Shown here: positions 52,601 through 64,000 of the stretch, in pieces | Position numbering within the stretch: the stretch's first letter is position 1 | How the letters are laid out: each line of letters starts with the position of its first letter | NCBI GenBank assembly: GCA_036172245.1 | Contig: JAYWIR010000003.1 | Span: 2,170,001 to 2,234,000 of the forward strand | DNA length: 64,000 bases | Direction: 5' to 3' | Source of the DNA: Raillietiella orientalis | Lineage: Eukaryota | Position numbers and translations under genes: made by a program | The notes under the pieces: model-generated | What the model saw: the letters and a program-made list of their open reading frames with translations, nothing else | What the model was told of the DNA's origin: nothing | Databases searched by the model: none

Positions 52601-55600
52601 CGGCGAACCCGTTCTCTAAGGTACTGCAGAACAGCTGATTCCCGACAGGGAGAAATTCTCGATGGTATCTAATCTCACGGAAAACTTTCGATATGCATCT
52701 TGCCTTTGTTTTCCTCGGTCCTTCCCTCTCAAGTCACTTCGTTCTCTCCGAGAGAACAGCATCTGGGGAAAATCACTACCACCGGCGGAAAACAAATAGT
52801 TCCGTGATCTTCCAGCGCCGATTCCCCGTGCTCCGCAGATTATTGGGCAGGCGCCGTGTACTAATGATGATCCCTAATTCCGGGAAGGAGCTCGGATCGC
52901 ATGAAAAAAAAAAGCAAAACAAAATGCATTTCCCCGTCAAGAGCGTCGGATTCAAAGCGATCGTTGCAAAAATTCAATTTCCGATGAAGCACTCAGCTTC
53001 CGAAACGCATCGCCTGGCGTTTTCATCCTCTGCCTGCTAGGTTCAGCGAATCGGAGGAACATTCTCATTAGGGAACTCTCTGCCTCTGAAGAGCGTTGAT
53101 TACGAAGTAGGCACACGAGGATCTGCGTGTGCCACAGGATTACCATAAAATCCTCTCTTTATTCGTCAATGGCAATAAACGGGAAAAGCGCGCCTTCATA
53201 TTTCCAAAAGTGCCGGATGCATTTTTCGCGAATTTTTTCCGGATCGCAAAAGCAGACGGATTCTCGCTGCATGGGGAAGCAGGTGCTGTCGGGCGCAGGT
53301 TGCCTAGCAAACTCCCCGCTGGACCCGTGTTGTTTGCTGGAGTTAAGAGAGGATCGGAATTGGTTCCTTTACTCCTTCGTACCTGCTGTGAGGTGTACGG
53401 TCGTCGGAGGGCGCCAAATATTCTTGGGAGCACATGACCGCACGGGCCGGTCAAAGGATTCGCTTACTAAAGGAACACATGCGATCGGGAGATGCTCGCC
53501 ACCAGAGAAAGTGTCTGCGGCGCACGATAATTTGAACAGCACCCTCTTTGAACTCGGGCGACGGCAAGGAAGGCATCTGGAAAACGTCTTTTGAAGTATC
53601 AGCTGGAGATTCATTAGAAAAGCTCCTTTACCGTGAAGGTTTCATTTTGCTCTTCAACGTTAAATCAGAAAGAAAGGAAGAAAATATGGATCTTCCAATG
53701 GAACAAACTAAGTCGAAAGAAGCGTAACGGTGCATTTAAACTTTTGTGATTTATTGGAGCAGAAAGTAATATCGAGGTTCGTACGGCTTACTCGACACAT
53801 CATGTGTTCTCTTTGGAAGGAGCGTTAGCGATTTTGTCAAGCCAAGAACTAAATGAGCGTAGAATGCTCGAGACTTTTTTCTTTTCCTTTTTCCTTTTTT
53901 TTTTTTTTTTTGTGGGCTGATTTATGCGAATCGGCCCGCAATAGCAGAAATGCGTTTCTTTTGCATTTTATTCATGCCCTTGGTCTCATCAGCACTCCGG
54001 CATTCGATCCCGTTATATTTGGAGAGTGGCTTGCCATCCACGCGCATTCCACATCTGCCTGCTTGCCAAAATAGAGAGCCGGGTGCCGGATTCTACGAAA
54101 CCTCACTAAACGTTTCATCGTGCGCTGCTGAAAGTTCGAAGTCTTCGAGAGAGCGAGATAACGCGTGTTTCCACCGATTTCCATCTTCGTCGGGGTCCGA
54201 GCATGCCACCCCTGTAACTCCGATTCCGCAATCTGTGTTTTGATTACTTCACTGTCGTTTTTTTTTGGTCCTCCCCGATTTCTCCTGGATGCCGTCTTTT
54301 CCTATCATTCATGAAAGTTCATGCGAGGCCCGCTGAGAGAAATGCTTCGAAAGCGTTTGCTTTATACAAGGGATTTAAATTACATTCGCCTGCACCAGAG
54401 AAAGGGTGAAATGGACCAAGGTATTGGAAACTTTTCTTCAGATAGTAGGTGAGGAGCTAGGGAAAAACTTCCCTTACCTCAGGCATCGTAGTCCTTTACA
54501 ATGGGAGCGCGTGCCTAATGAATAACTAAGCAAATGGAACTTGTAGAAACCTGAAGAACAGGAAAACGAGGAAGATCAGTCTCGAAAGATCTTCTCTGCT
54601 CCTGCAAGAAAGTGCTAAAAGGCACCCTCTTGAACCGCAGACGATTTCACGTGGAAGCAAACAAAACGAGCACATTTCACTGTCAAAGTGCACGAGGGTA
54701 ACACGAGAATGCTGTATATGAAGGGTTCGGTGCACGTACAGTTTCACTTATCCGAAGCTTGCACGAATATTTGGGAAGGGAGATGGGGGGTACAGAGGCG
54801 ATGAAGGCCATATCGCCAAAGACGACGGTGTTTTGCAGGGAACGTGTTGAGTAACCAACGCCGACCACGAAGGTATGTGGCAATCCACGGAGGAAAGATT
54901 CTGGAAAGATTGTTCGAAAAGCAGCTTTGTCCTCTGTTCCGAAACAACCCGCTTAAAGGGGAGCCAAGAGGGAGAGCATCGGAACTTCGAAACGAGTTGG
55001 CGCCACAAACCACAATACATGAACCGCCTCCTTGTTGCTTAAGCGGGGCTTAGTGGTGGCTCTTCTTGGTGGTACTGGGACACCGGCAAGAAGAGCTTCA
55101 AGCAAGCATTGAGAATCGGAATCTCAAGATCCCCATGGGAATGAGAAAGGTGTTTCCAAAGCAATCAGAAAGCTTCCAGAAGGGAAAAGAGAATGCCTCC
55201 GGAACTGCTCTTCCTGTTACTCAGCATCTCTTTCTTGATGATGTTTAGGATGGGATTTTCACGGGATTCATTTCCGGAAAGGTCTGAATTCTTTCCAAGC
55301 GAACTTGGCCTGCAGTGAAGCTTTGGTCCTGCCTTTCGGAAGGAAGCTGGTGCATCGCCGGGGATGTTCCAAGAAGAAATGGGTTTTCGCTTCCGCAGAG
55401 CAATGCTGAATTATGGAAGGCATGCTGGAATCGTACGGAAAATCTTGATTCGGTAGGATGGAACCACTGACCGGAGTCGTCCGCGAAGAGCTCGTAAGTT
55501 GCCCACGAGAAGCTGCTCTCGACATTGAAAATGTTCGAACGGGATGGATTTTTGGAGTTCTCTTGCGAAAATGAACCCGTGAAGAGCCAGAAGGAAAAAA

Positions 55601-57536
55601 ATAAAAATTAAAATCATGTGTCATTGTCCAGTAGAAAGAAGGTGGCAGCTCGAGCAGCAAAGATCAAACAACTAGCGGGCAGTTAGGCTGCACTCTGAGC
55701 TGAAACTTGACGTCCACTGGATTCGGACGGAGAGCAGCTGAATTTCTCCACGATTCTACGAGCAGAAGAAACGAATTCTTCCATCAGCTTCCATCGTCTA
55801 AGATGCCTCCCTTTGGAAAACTGATGCATCGACAAATCTCAAAGCGCCGACATCGCTAAAGGACAAAGACGGAAATGGAAGGGCAGCTTAGATTTCCACC
55901 GCATACAGATGTGGCTCAAGCAATGGTATAGATGTATGCCGGCTTGGAAGAGATTGATCATCCAGAGCTTCCATGGCCTGGAAGATCCACCATGATTCTG
56001 GAGACCGGCGATCGGAATCACTGATCGTAGCAGGCTTTTCATCCTCTGCGAGATTTCGTTTCGTTTTCTCACCCTGAAAAGATTTATCTCTTCGCGAAGA
56101 AGACTGGGATGGAAGCCTCCATCTTCTTCTCATCTTTGCCTGATAACTTGTCCACTCGCGCAGTTTCATTTCATTTGACCGGGACCGTTTCAAGGAATTC
56201 CCCTTCCATTTGAGGGAAGAGATCTTCTCTGCATCTCTTCTGAGCGCCCGAGGGCGTTCTCCACTTCGAGGATCCGGTGACTACCAAACGGTAGAAGAAT
56301 GTCAGACGAACACCAGAAAAGGCTAATCGGGCGTCCGGGCCAAACGATAAACGTCCAGCATTCTCGTTGCTCCCTGATTTCGTCGTCCTGTTCCCAGCAC
56401 TGATCTGCAATCATTTCCTGGAGCCTTGGAGGTTTCTCCGCTCCCTGTCGGCAGGGAAGGTATCGAGTGAAACAAGTGCATCGCAAAGTGACCTTCCGGT
56501 CATCTGACTTCTTTTCCGAGAACCCCCTTCTCTCGCTTCCATCCGGGGAAACTTGCCTTGCCCGACGGTCCCACGACAGCGCTGTTTCCATGAAGGAAAA
56601 GCGGTCGGGAGGATGAGAGGAAAAAGTCGAGATCCACCGCGCTCATCGCTGGTTGCCGCCCGTCGACGCCGACTCAAGCGACCCTGCGAGCTGCTGGATG
56701 TCTCGGTGGCGGTGACGAAGATAGGGACGGAGCGGGAAGAGGTCAGGCATGGCGGTCGCCTAGGGCAAACTGCTCCCGTGAAACGCGGTTGGGAGGGAAG
56801 GGAGAAGAGGAATTGCCTGCCCGTTGCATGCTGTCCTGGGCGCGCCCGTGCCCTCTTGCATGCTCCCAGACCGAAGATCGGCTACTCTTCTGCTGACCGA
56901 CAAAAGAATCATTCTTCTGCCGGTAGAAGATTCGAACAGGAGAATCTTATGGCAGGAGAATCGAACGAGGCTTTGCCCAACACCCCACGACGGCCAGCGG
57001 CAGAATCTTCCAAGTGCGAAGGGAAACCGCCTCAAAGCTTGGGGATTGCAGAACGCAAGAAGCTGCGTCACCCAATCATCGCCTTACGGATCGTTACCGC
57101 GAAGCAAAGTACTTTCAAGGGACGCTCCTGCAGCCGCGACGCCCACAGACGACGGGCAGCAGGAGAAGATGCACTCTGCCCTGCCTGCACCCACTTCCTC
57201 CCGAGGACCACCTCGTCCCTCACTCTCTCGCGGACATCCGCGGCCGCCTCCTTCGCGGAAGTGGAGGTGTTCCGGAGCTCCCTGCGACGCAGCCCGCCCG
57301 CGTTTCCGGGGAGCGCATGCTGTTTTTTCCCAATCCTACCCTGCATCCCGAAATTCCCGAATGGGTGCTCGTTCCCCGCTAGCCCCACGCACCGCGGGTG
57401 CGTTTCGGTACCATCCGAGAAATATCCCTCTTACCTGGTGCCTGGGACAGGTCCGAAGTCACTCGCACGAAAAGCCGGGGGGAGGGGGGGGGGAAAAAAA
57501 AAAGCAAAAATGAAAAAAATTCCGAAAGGGAAACAG

Positions 57537-57563
57537 CAACAACAACAACAACAACAACAACAA
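57537..57563. repeat. (CAA)9 microsatellite
   Basis: Read directly from the sequence. Confidence 0.95.
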
Positions 57564-58500
57564 CTCACTGGTCAGGGTGTCATTGTCTGCAGCATGCCCG
57601 TCATCTGAAGATCGGATTCTGTGTGTATTCACAAGAGAATTCGGGGAGGAAGGTTTCGTTGATTACCGCTCTATGAATTTGCGTAATGCACGTCCCACTG
57701 CGCAGGCTCGAACTCTTGGGCGAAGCGGACGCGAGGCAGCGCCGTGAACTCCCGCGTAGCGTTGCAGCGTTCTCGAGGAGGCGATTTTTCCTCGTTTCCG
57801 TAATCCGGAGCCAGCCAGCCAGCCTCCTCCTTCTCCTCCTCCTCCTCGTCCTACTCCTCCCTACCTCGTCTCACTCGGTCGAGTTACGGGAAACTGCCAC
57901 GGAGTACGGCGGCGGGAAGGCCCGGCTGCCACCAGAAGGCTATTAAGAATCCGCTCGTTAATAACCCCCTGCCGGAGTCCCCTGGTTGTTAAGGGTAAGT
58001 CGCAGGACGGCTTCCCCGCCGGAGAGAATCCACGCTTCCGCGAGGCAGGAAGAGGCGAATCCGCGGGTCCGCTCGCTCGCCGCGCGCCGCTCGCGTCCGC
58101 CGCCGCCGTTTGCGGGTTCGCCGAAACTTCCCCGGCGCACGGGAGGGCCAGTGGACGCAGTGGATGCATCCCATCGTAAGTAGCAGATTGCTTCTTGCCT
58201 TTGCCCGACGGTGCCAGCGCGCCGCGCCGAAGGACGCGCGCGCCCGCCGTGTCCGTCGTCTTGCCAAGACGCGTCCCGGCGCGCGCGCGGCGGCGCGAGA
58301 CGACGGCGATGGCGCCTGCCTTCCCCGCTCCGCGCCCAGTTCACCTTTCTCAGGGGCGGCTCGGGAGGGATGCTGGATATTTACCCCCCCACCCTTCCTC
58401 GTTAGGTTCCCTCGGTCGAAGTTGCGGGATCGCGCCCGCGGCTGCCGGGAAGAGGAATTTTCGCGATCCGCTCCGCGGAGCCAGCCCCGTGCGTGCTGAA

Positions 58501-58555
58501 GGGGGGGGGGGGAGGGTGCCGCGCGCGAAGGGCGTGCCGCGCGCGCGCGCGCGCG
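58501..58555. repeat. G12 run followed by (CG)9 alternation
   Basis: G12 at 58501-58512 and (CG)9 at 58538-58555. Confidence 0.9.
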
Positions 58556-58685
58556 TCCTGTGGGCGTCGGATAGGGCAGGCCCGGCGCCATCTTGAGCAC
58601 ACCTTCGATGACTAATGAGTCGGGAGAAATCCGAACTTTTTCTGCGAGACGCCCTGGCACAATTCGGCGCGGAGACAGCGCCGTT

Positions 58686-58695
58686 CTATTTATAG
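58686..58695 (-). promoter_or_regulatory. CTATTTATAG: MEF2 consensus site and minus-strand TATA box (TATAAATA)
   Basis: An isolated AT decamer inside very GC-rich DNA that exactly matches CTA(A/T)4TAG and reads CTATAAATAG on the mir-10 strand. Confidence 0.4.
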
Positions 58696-60545
58696 ACTCG
58701 GCGACCGCGCCGCGCGACCGTGAAAAAGCGAAACCCAAGGCGAGAGAAAGGTGCTGGCCGGCATCCGTTTGCCCCCCGAGGGCAGGAAGGCGCGCCTCCG
58801 AACGGCAACCCCGGGTTGGGTTTTCCGGAGCGGGGGGGCGGGAAGGGGAAGCGCGAGCGGACAGCGCCTGCCTCACTGTCGGGCAAGGCGAGAAGGAGAA
58901 GCTGAGACGGAACCGCTCAGCCTGCACCAGTGGCGACGCGGGCCTCTCCTGGCAGCCACCGGTCCTCTGGACGGGATGGACACTCCTGCTCCTTCCCGGT
59001 TACCCTCCGGGTCAACCTCGATCTTCTCACGCTGCGTTCCCGGCAGCGAGCGGCGCGCGCGGGAAATGCGGGAAGTTCCCGGCCTCTCGTGTCCCTTCGG
59101 CTCCCCAAGTACGGGGAGAGTGGCACATACGTGCCGGACCACCGCTGCCTCCTCCGTTGGCGCCGTTGTCGACGAACTGGAAGCTCCGATGTCTTTTTGC
59201 TCCGGAAAGCGACAGAAAAGGGAAGGGGAGAGAGGAAGGTGAGGGGGGAGAAGGAAAACGCCAAGGTTTCGAGGTTGCCTGCCTCGGGCATTCCATCTTC
59301 CCGCAGAGAGACGGTGCCACCTCTCTTCCGCGCGGGATGCGGACCTTGCGGACCACGGGAGCTGGCGTTCGGGTCCCTCCCTCGCGCTCCCGGAGAAGGA
59401 AGGGCAGCAGCGGCGGGTGGGTTGCTTGGAAACCCCGTCCGCCCAGGCAGTGTGGAAAGCATTCCCTTGATGCGCATCCCCCGATCGCAAGGGCGCGCTC
59501 AGGAGCCGAGGAAAGCACGTGGAAAGAGCACGCGTCTCGCCCGAGGAGGAGGAAGGTGACGTAGGGGGGAGAGGAAGGGTGGAAAGTGAGGAAGCCAAAA
59601 AAGCGCACGTACAGGGGGAGAAAACGCACACAAAAAAATACGACCCTCCCCTACGTCATCGCTGCGCTCGACGCGACGAAGCACGCCGTCTGCGGAGTCG
59701 CGCTCGCTCGCGACTGCCTAGCAAGCCCCCGCGCCAAGCAGCGGGCTGCGCGTGGTCCGCGGAGGTCCAGACGACGCGGTGGGCGCGGAAGGACACCTCC
59801 GTGCGGGTGGCGGAGCCGATGGCCGCCCGGACCGCAGCGGAGCCGCTCGCTCTCGCAAAGGGCCGCCAGCGAGCCGTGCAGGAAATCAGGGAGGGAGCAG
59901 GAAGATGTCCCGGGAATGCCTTCCCGGCGCCACTTCCTCAACAGCGCGTGGTGACGCTCGGGTGGACGGACATTTCCTCCTTCCGTTCGAGGGGAGCTCT
60001 AGTTCCCCGCTTGCCCGTTTGGTGGTCTCGAAAAGCCGTCGATTCCCCTTTCCACCGAAGGCGCCTCGCCGAGATGGGAGTAGGGGGGCACTGCTCGGGC
60101 AAAAGAGTGGGGAGGGAAATGGGAAGCAAGAGGGCGCGGCCTGCAGTAGAGGCTTCTCCAGAATCGACGGCACTCTGTTACCGAGGAAGAGCCGAAGGCC
60201 ATCCAGGGTCGTTCCGTCCTCCTTGCAGGAAAAAGAGGGGGGAGAGAGAGAGAGCAGGGAACGCTCCACGGCTCCAGCACTCACTTCCTCCTCCTCTACT
60301 CGCGCGTCCCAGCGGATCTGTCCGCGCGCGGAGCCGGACGGCAGCAGCTGCCTCCGCGCCCAGCTGCCGCCGCGCCGACTCCATCCTTGATTGGACCGGA
60401 GCTGAGGGCACGCGGGTGCGTCAACTCGGTGAACTTCCGATCAGGCGGCAGCAGCGCGGACGGGCGGCGCGGCGGAACAAAAGAGAGGGGACGCAGAGGA
60501 AGCTAAAGGGGGAAGCGGGGAGGAGGAGAAGGAGGAGGAGGAGGA

Positions 60546-60577
60546 GGGAGGGAGGGAGGGAGGGAGGGAGGGAGGGA
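60546..60577 (+). repeat. (GGGA)8 tetranucleotide repeat preceded by (GGA)n; G-quadruplex-capable
   Basis: Eight G3 runs with 1-nt A loops, read directly from the sequence. Confidence 0.92.
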
Positions 60578-63500
60578 GAAAACCCGCCCTGTCTGCGCGC
60601 GCGGAGCGGGACGCGGGAGGAGGAGGAACCCGGGCAAAGGAAAAAGAGGAGGCGCTTTGGGTTCGCAGGCGAGGGGAACCGTAAATTCGATCGGAAGAAT
60701 TGGGCCATTGACAGAAACGGTCGGCGGAAGGAGGGGAGGGAGAGGGGGACCCCGTCCCCTTCGCCTAATAAAACCTCCGTCGGCGGAGAAACCCGAAGCT
60801 GACCTTGAAATCGCCCATCCGTGACTCATAGCGCAGGCGCCCTCCGGCTCAGCGAACGCCCACTGCAGCGGCGTCGACGGCGTCAGGTATCCGTGGAGAC
60901 CTGCGTGCGCAGACGCGTGCGGGCGCGAGCGAGGAAGGCATCGATCAACCGCGAGCGTGGGCGTTCCCGAACGGGTTGCCAGGCGCCGCCGCCGCCGCCG
61001 CGCGCGCTCTTTCCGCGGTTCGCGCAATCCGCACCGCGGTGCTCCGGTGGGAGAGACGGGACTTCCGGGAGGGAGGCGAGGGACCGCCGATCCCGTGCAG
61101 AGAGGCGCGGCGGACGCCGCGCGAGTTGCGCGGGACTGGTATGCCACCGTCCGCTCTCCCATCCCGCTGGATCGAGCGCCAGGAGAGGACCGCTTGGTCT
61201 TTCCCCTCCTCCCTCTTCCGCGGCGGCGAACCTCGTCGCGGAACTGGACTTGACGAAAGGAGTATGAAGGAAGAGAGGAAAGAAGGAAAAAAGGAAGAGG
61301 AGGAAGAGGAAAAAACGAGAAGGAAGTGGAGGAGGAAGAGGAAGGAAGGCGGATGAGGAGGCACAATGCAGGATGCGGAGGAAATGGTCCTTTTCTCTAT
61401 CACTTCCTCCTAACACCAAGAAAGTCTTTGCTTCTAGCAGCTTCCGCCGCTTAAAGGGAAAATAGTGAGAGAGGTGGGCGCTGCCAGGAAGAGTGATTCA
61501 CGGTTTCTGCGCCCCTAAATTCTAGGTTTCTCTGAAAGGACCGAAAGAAGTGGAATTCCATTCCCTTGCCCTCCGACATCGACGGCCTCAGACCACCTCG
61601 TCGAGGCGGAAAAAGGAGAGACACGCCGCGGACGTTTTGCTCCTCCTTTGCCTTCCGCTTCAAAGGGAAGAGGAAGGGGAAAAGGGCGCATATACCAGGT
61701 GCTGGCAGTGGGGATGAGGGAGGAAGGGACGAGGCAGGGACATACTGGCCACGACGCCTCGCTCGGACAGCGCGAGGATTCGCCTACTCGGCGCAACACG
61801 CGGCCGCCGGACTCGTGCGGCTCGCCCGATGAGCGCGCACAGGGCGGTGAAGCGGCAGAAGCAGCCGCCAGCGCCCCATCCCGGGGGCGCGGCTCCTCCA
61901 AGGAGACAAAAGGCGGACTCCAGCCCCGATTTCCACTCAGCGTCGATTCCAGCACGGGAAGCTGAGAACGGGGGCGTTGACTTCTACGGCACAGCTCCAC
62001 GAAAAAGTGGGGAGGGGGCAGTTTGCGCGAGGGTCTTTCCGAACCACATATTCTGCTTCTCTTCTTTTCTTCTTTTCTTCCGTCGTTACAATTCGCCTCC
62101 TGCAGGGGTAGCGTGCAGCCTGCGCTTGGGTAGTCCTTGCTTCTCCGCCATCCCTGCTTCTCTCCTCATCATCCTCCATTTCTCTTCCTCTATCCTTCGA
62201 TGCATTCTCCATTTGCCTTCCCCCTCTTCATTCGGCCTGCTTCTCCCTTCCACCTCCCCTTTTGTTCCTCTTCTTCCCTCGCGACTCTTCCATTCTCTTC
62301 TCCTTCCATTCCTTGCTGCTCCACGTGACTGCTCAAAGGTTGCCACCCTGTGGGAGGGGCTGGAGTCTCCGAGGTGATGGCGCACTCATTCGCTCGAAGG
62401 TACTTGGGCAAGGACAAAGGTGCACCGGGTCCCCGACTCGACTGCCCTTTTCCTTGTTTCCTCAGCCCGGGGAGAGACTGTCCGAGATCTTTGGAACCGA
62501 AGCGAAATGAGAGAAGCACAGATGGGTCTCCGATCGGATGCGCGGTCGTATGGGAAACAAGAGCTGTAGATGGGGGCAGAAAGGTCTCCATCGCCCTCGG
62601 GGGGCACATACTCAGCGTGGAAAGGAGGAGGGGGGAGGCGAAGCGATGACCACAAGTTCGCACCGCTCCCCTACCGAAAGAACATGCGTTCGCGTGAGCC
62701 AGAGATGTTTCATCCCCTGCAGTACCCGTGGGAGACCTCATGGGGACTGGCCCCCTCAATCGCGCTTGCAACAGCCTTCCCCAGCTCCTCTCCCCTCCTG
62801 CCTTTTTCGCGAGAGCGGAAGGACTGCGGTGGGATTCCCAGCAGCCGTCAGTTCTCCACTTTCTGGATATTCCCCACCCTCCGTTCGGCCCCCAGCGATA
62901 CTGCCTGCGGCGATTTCGTGATTTCCACGCAGCCCATTTCCTGCCACGGTTGCCACCCTCGGAAAACGTTTCGACTGGCCGCCCCCCGACTCGTCGCCAC
63001 TGGAGCGCCCTCTGCAGGGCTCTGTCATCCTCCTATTCTTCGCCGCGTGGCCGAGTGCCTTCCGGTCTTCTCGGAGTATCAAAGCGCCGGGACATCCGCG
63101 CTTGCTCCATCGGTTCCACATCGGGACGCGGTAAGGAAGAGGTAACATGCTGCGTTCCTTCCTCCTCCCCCTCACGTTCCTTGAGCACCTCGTAGGGGCG
63201 CCTCTGCAGCCTGCGAGCATCCATCCCTGGCTGGCTCCGCGCCCTGGATCAGCCGCGACCTTGCGCTCCCACGGGGTACGACGCCGTCTCCAAGGTGACT
63301 TCTTCCCCCGTCATTCACACCGAGGGGCACGCCGAGCGGGGCGTGCAGCGCGCTGCTGGCGGAGGCGGGGGTCACGCGGCGATCAGTCGCGTGCAGAACG
63401 AGTGGCCGCGCTCTCCCAGGAGCTGCTGTGCTCCCGTCTCCTGCCAAGCGCTATCCGAGCTTCGGGTGTACGGAAGTACCGGCAAGCATTGGACCGCGGG

Positions 63501-64000
63501 AGGGAAGAGCGCGCGGTGGGCGCCTGGAAGGGCGGAAAGGGAAAGGACCGACGTTCCGCCATCGTAGTCTGAGCTGGATCTGGAGCAGGTGACCGAAGGG
63601 AGGATGGGGTGGCGGCGAGGGAACGGAAGAGGGGTAGGAGTAGAAGGAGACCGTCGTTCTCTCTTCGCGGTCTTCCCCTTTCCTTCTGATCTCCGAACCG
63701 TCCCTCTGCACGGCCAGCCAGCCATGATGGTTAGCGGATTCCAGGGGGCTGTCAGGAGCCACGGTGGGATGAAGACTCCAGTGGGAGCAGGCATGCGCAG
63801 CATCAGCATGTAGCCAGCGCTCTCAGAGAAATTCGCGGCCATCTTGCACTTGCCTGAAACTGCGACCTCGGATTTTCTTTTCCTTCTTCCAAGAATCGGT
63901 GTTTCCCGAATCGGCAGGACCCCTCCCCCTCGTTCGCTCTTGTAGGACGAGTATCCCGCGTTCCGGACGTAGAATTGAATAATTCCTCCTCGGGGCTTGG

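Larger units (their letters stand above)
57700..63600. promoter_or_regulatory. large (about 6 kb) GC/CpG-rich island; candidate promoter or Polycomb-type regulatory domain
   Basis: GC is high and CpG dense, with repeated CGCGCG runs, a polypurine tract (about 61265-61350) and a polypyrimidine tract (about 62140-62315). Its ORFs are Arg/Ala/Pro/Gly-rich in all frames with no recognisable domain. Boundaries are approximate. Confidence 0.5.

Noticed and set aside
62723..62734. YPWE resembling the Hox YPWM hexapeptide
   Set aside because: The Met is missing, it lies on the opposite strand to mir-10, and no homeobox follows.
56553..63842. Many long overlapping ORFs (up to 427 aa) in the GC island
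   Set aside because: Open in several frames on both strands, low-complexity Arg/Gly/Ala/Pro content, and they translate microsatellites; expected from stop-codon scarcity in GC-rich DNA.
1..64000. Prokaryotic systems (CRISPR arrays, operons, rRNA/tRNA genes)
   Set aside because: No repeat-spacer periodicity, no dense coding and no tRNA or rRNA signatures were seen; the sequence is eukaryotic non-coding DNA.

Overview
Animal genomic DNA, most likely protostome/arthropod. It is about half GC, CpG is not globally depleted, there are many poly-A and microsatellite tracts, and I can support no intact protein-coding gene. The one securely identifiable gene is a mir-10 precursor on the minus strand (43058-43127). 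Its 3p arm is of the arthropod type, both arms carry structure-preserving substitutions, and basal UG, apical UGUG and downstream CNNC processing motifs are correctly placed. mir-10 normally marks the Hox4(Dfd)-Hox5(Scr) interval, so this is probably Hox-cluster non-coding DNA, although I found no homeobox or YPWM exon by eye. The most interesting observation is a second, diverged Mir-10-family hairpin on the same strand (8853-8928). Its 5p arm resembles miR-993-5p and its 3p arm carries the miR-10-3p seed, yet no Dfd homeobox is visible in the 34 kb between the two hairpins. The remainder is regulatory-looking DNA (two GC/CpG islands, an E-box/GAGA cluster upstream of mir-10, Exd-Hox-type sites), several long inverted repeats, simple repeats and faint transposon relics. 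All matches were made by eye against recalled consensus sequences; no database searches or folding programs were run.
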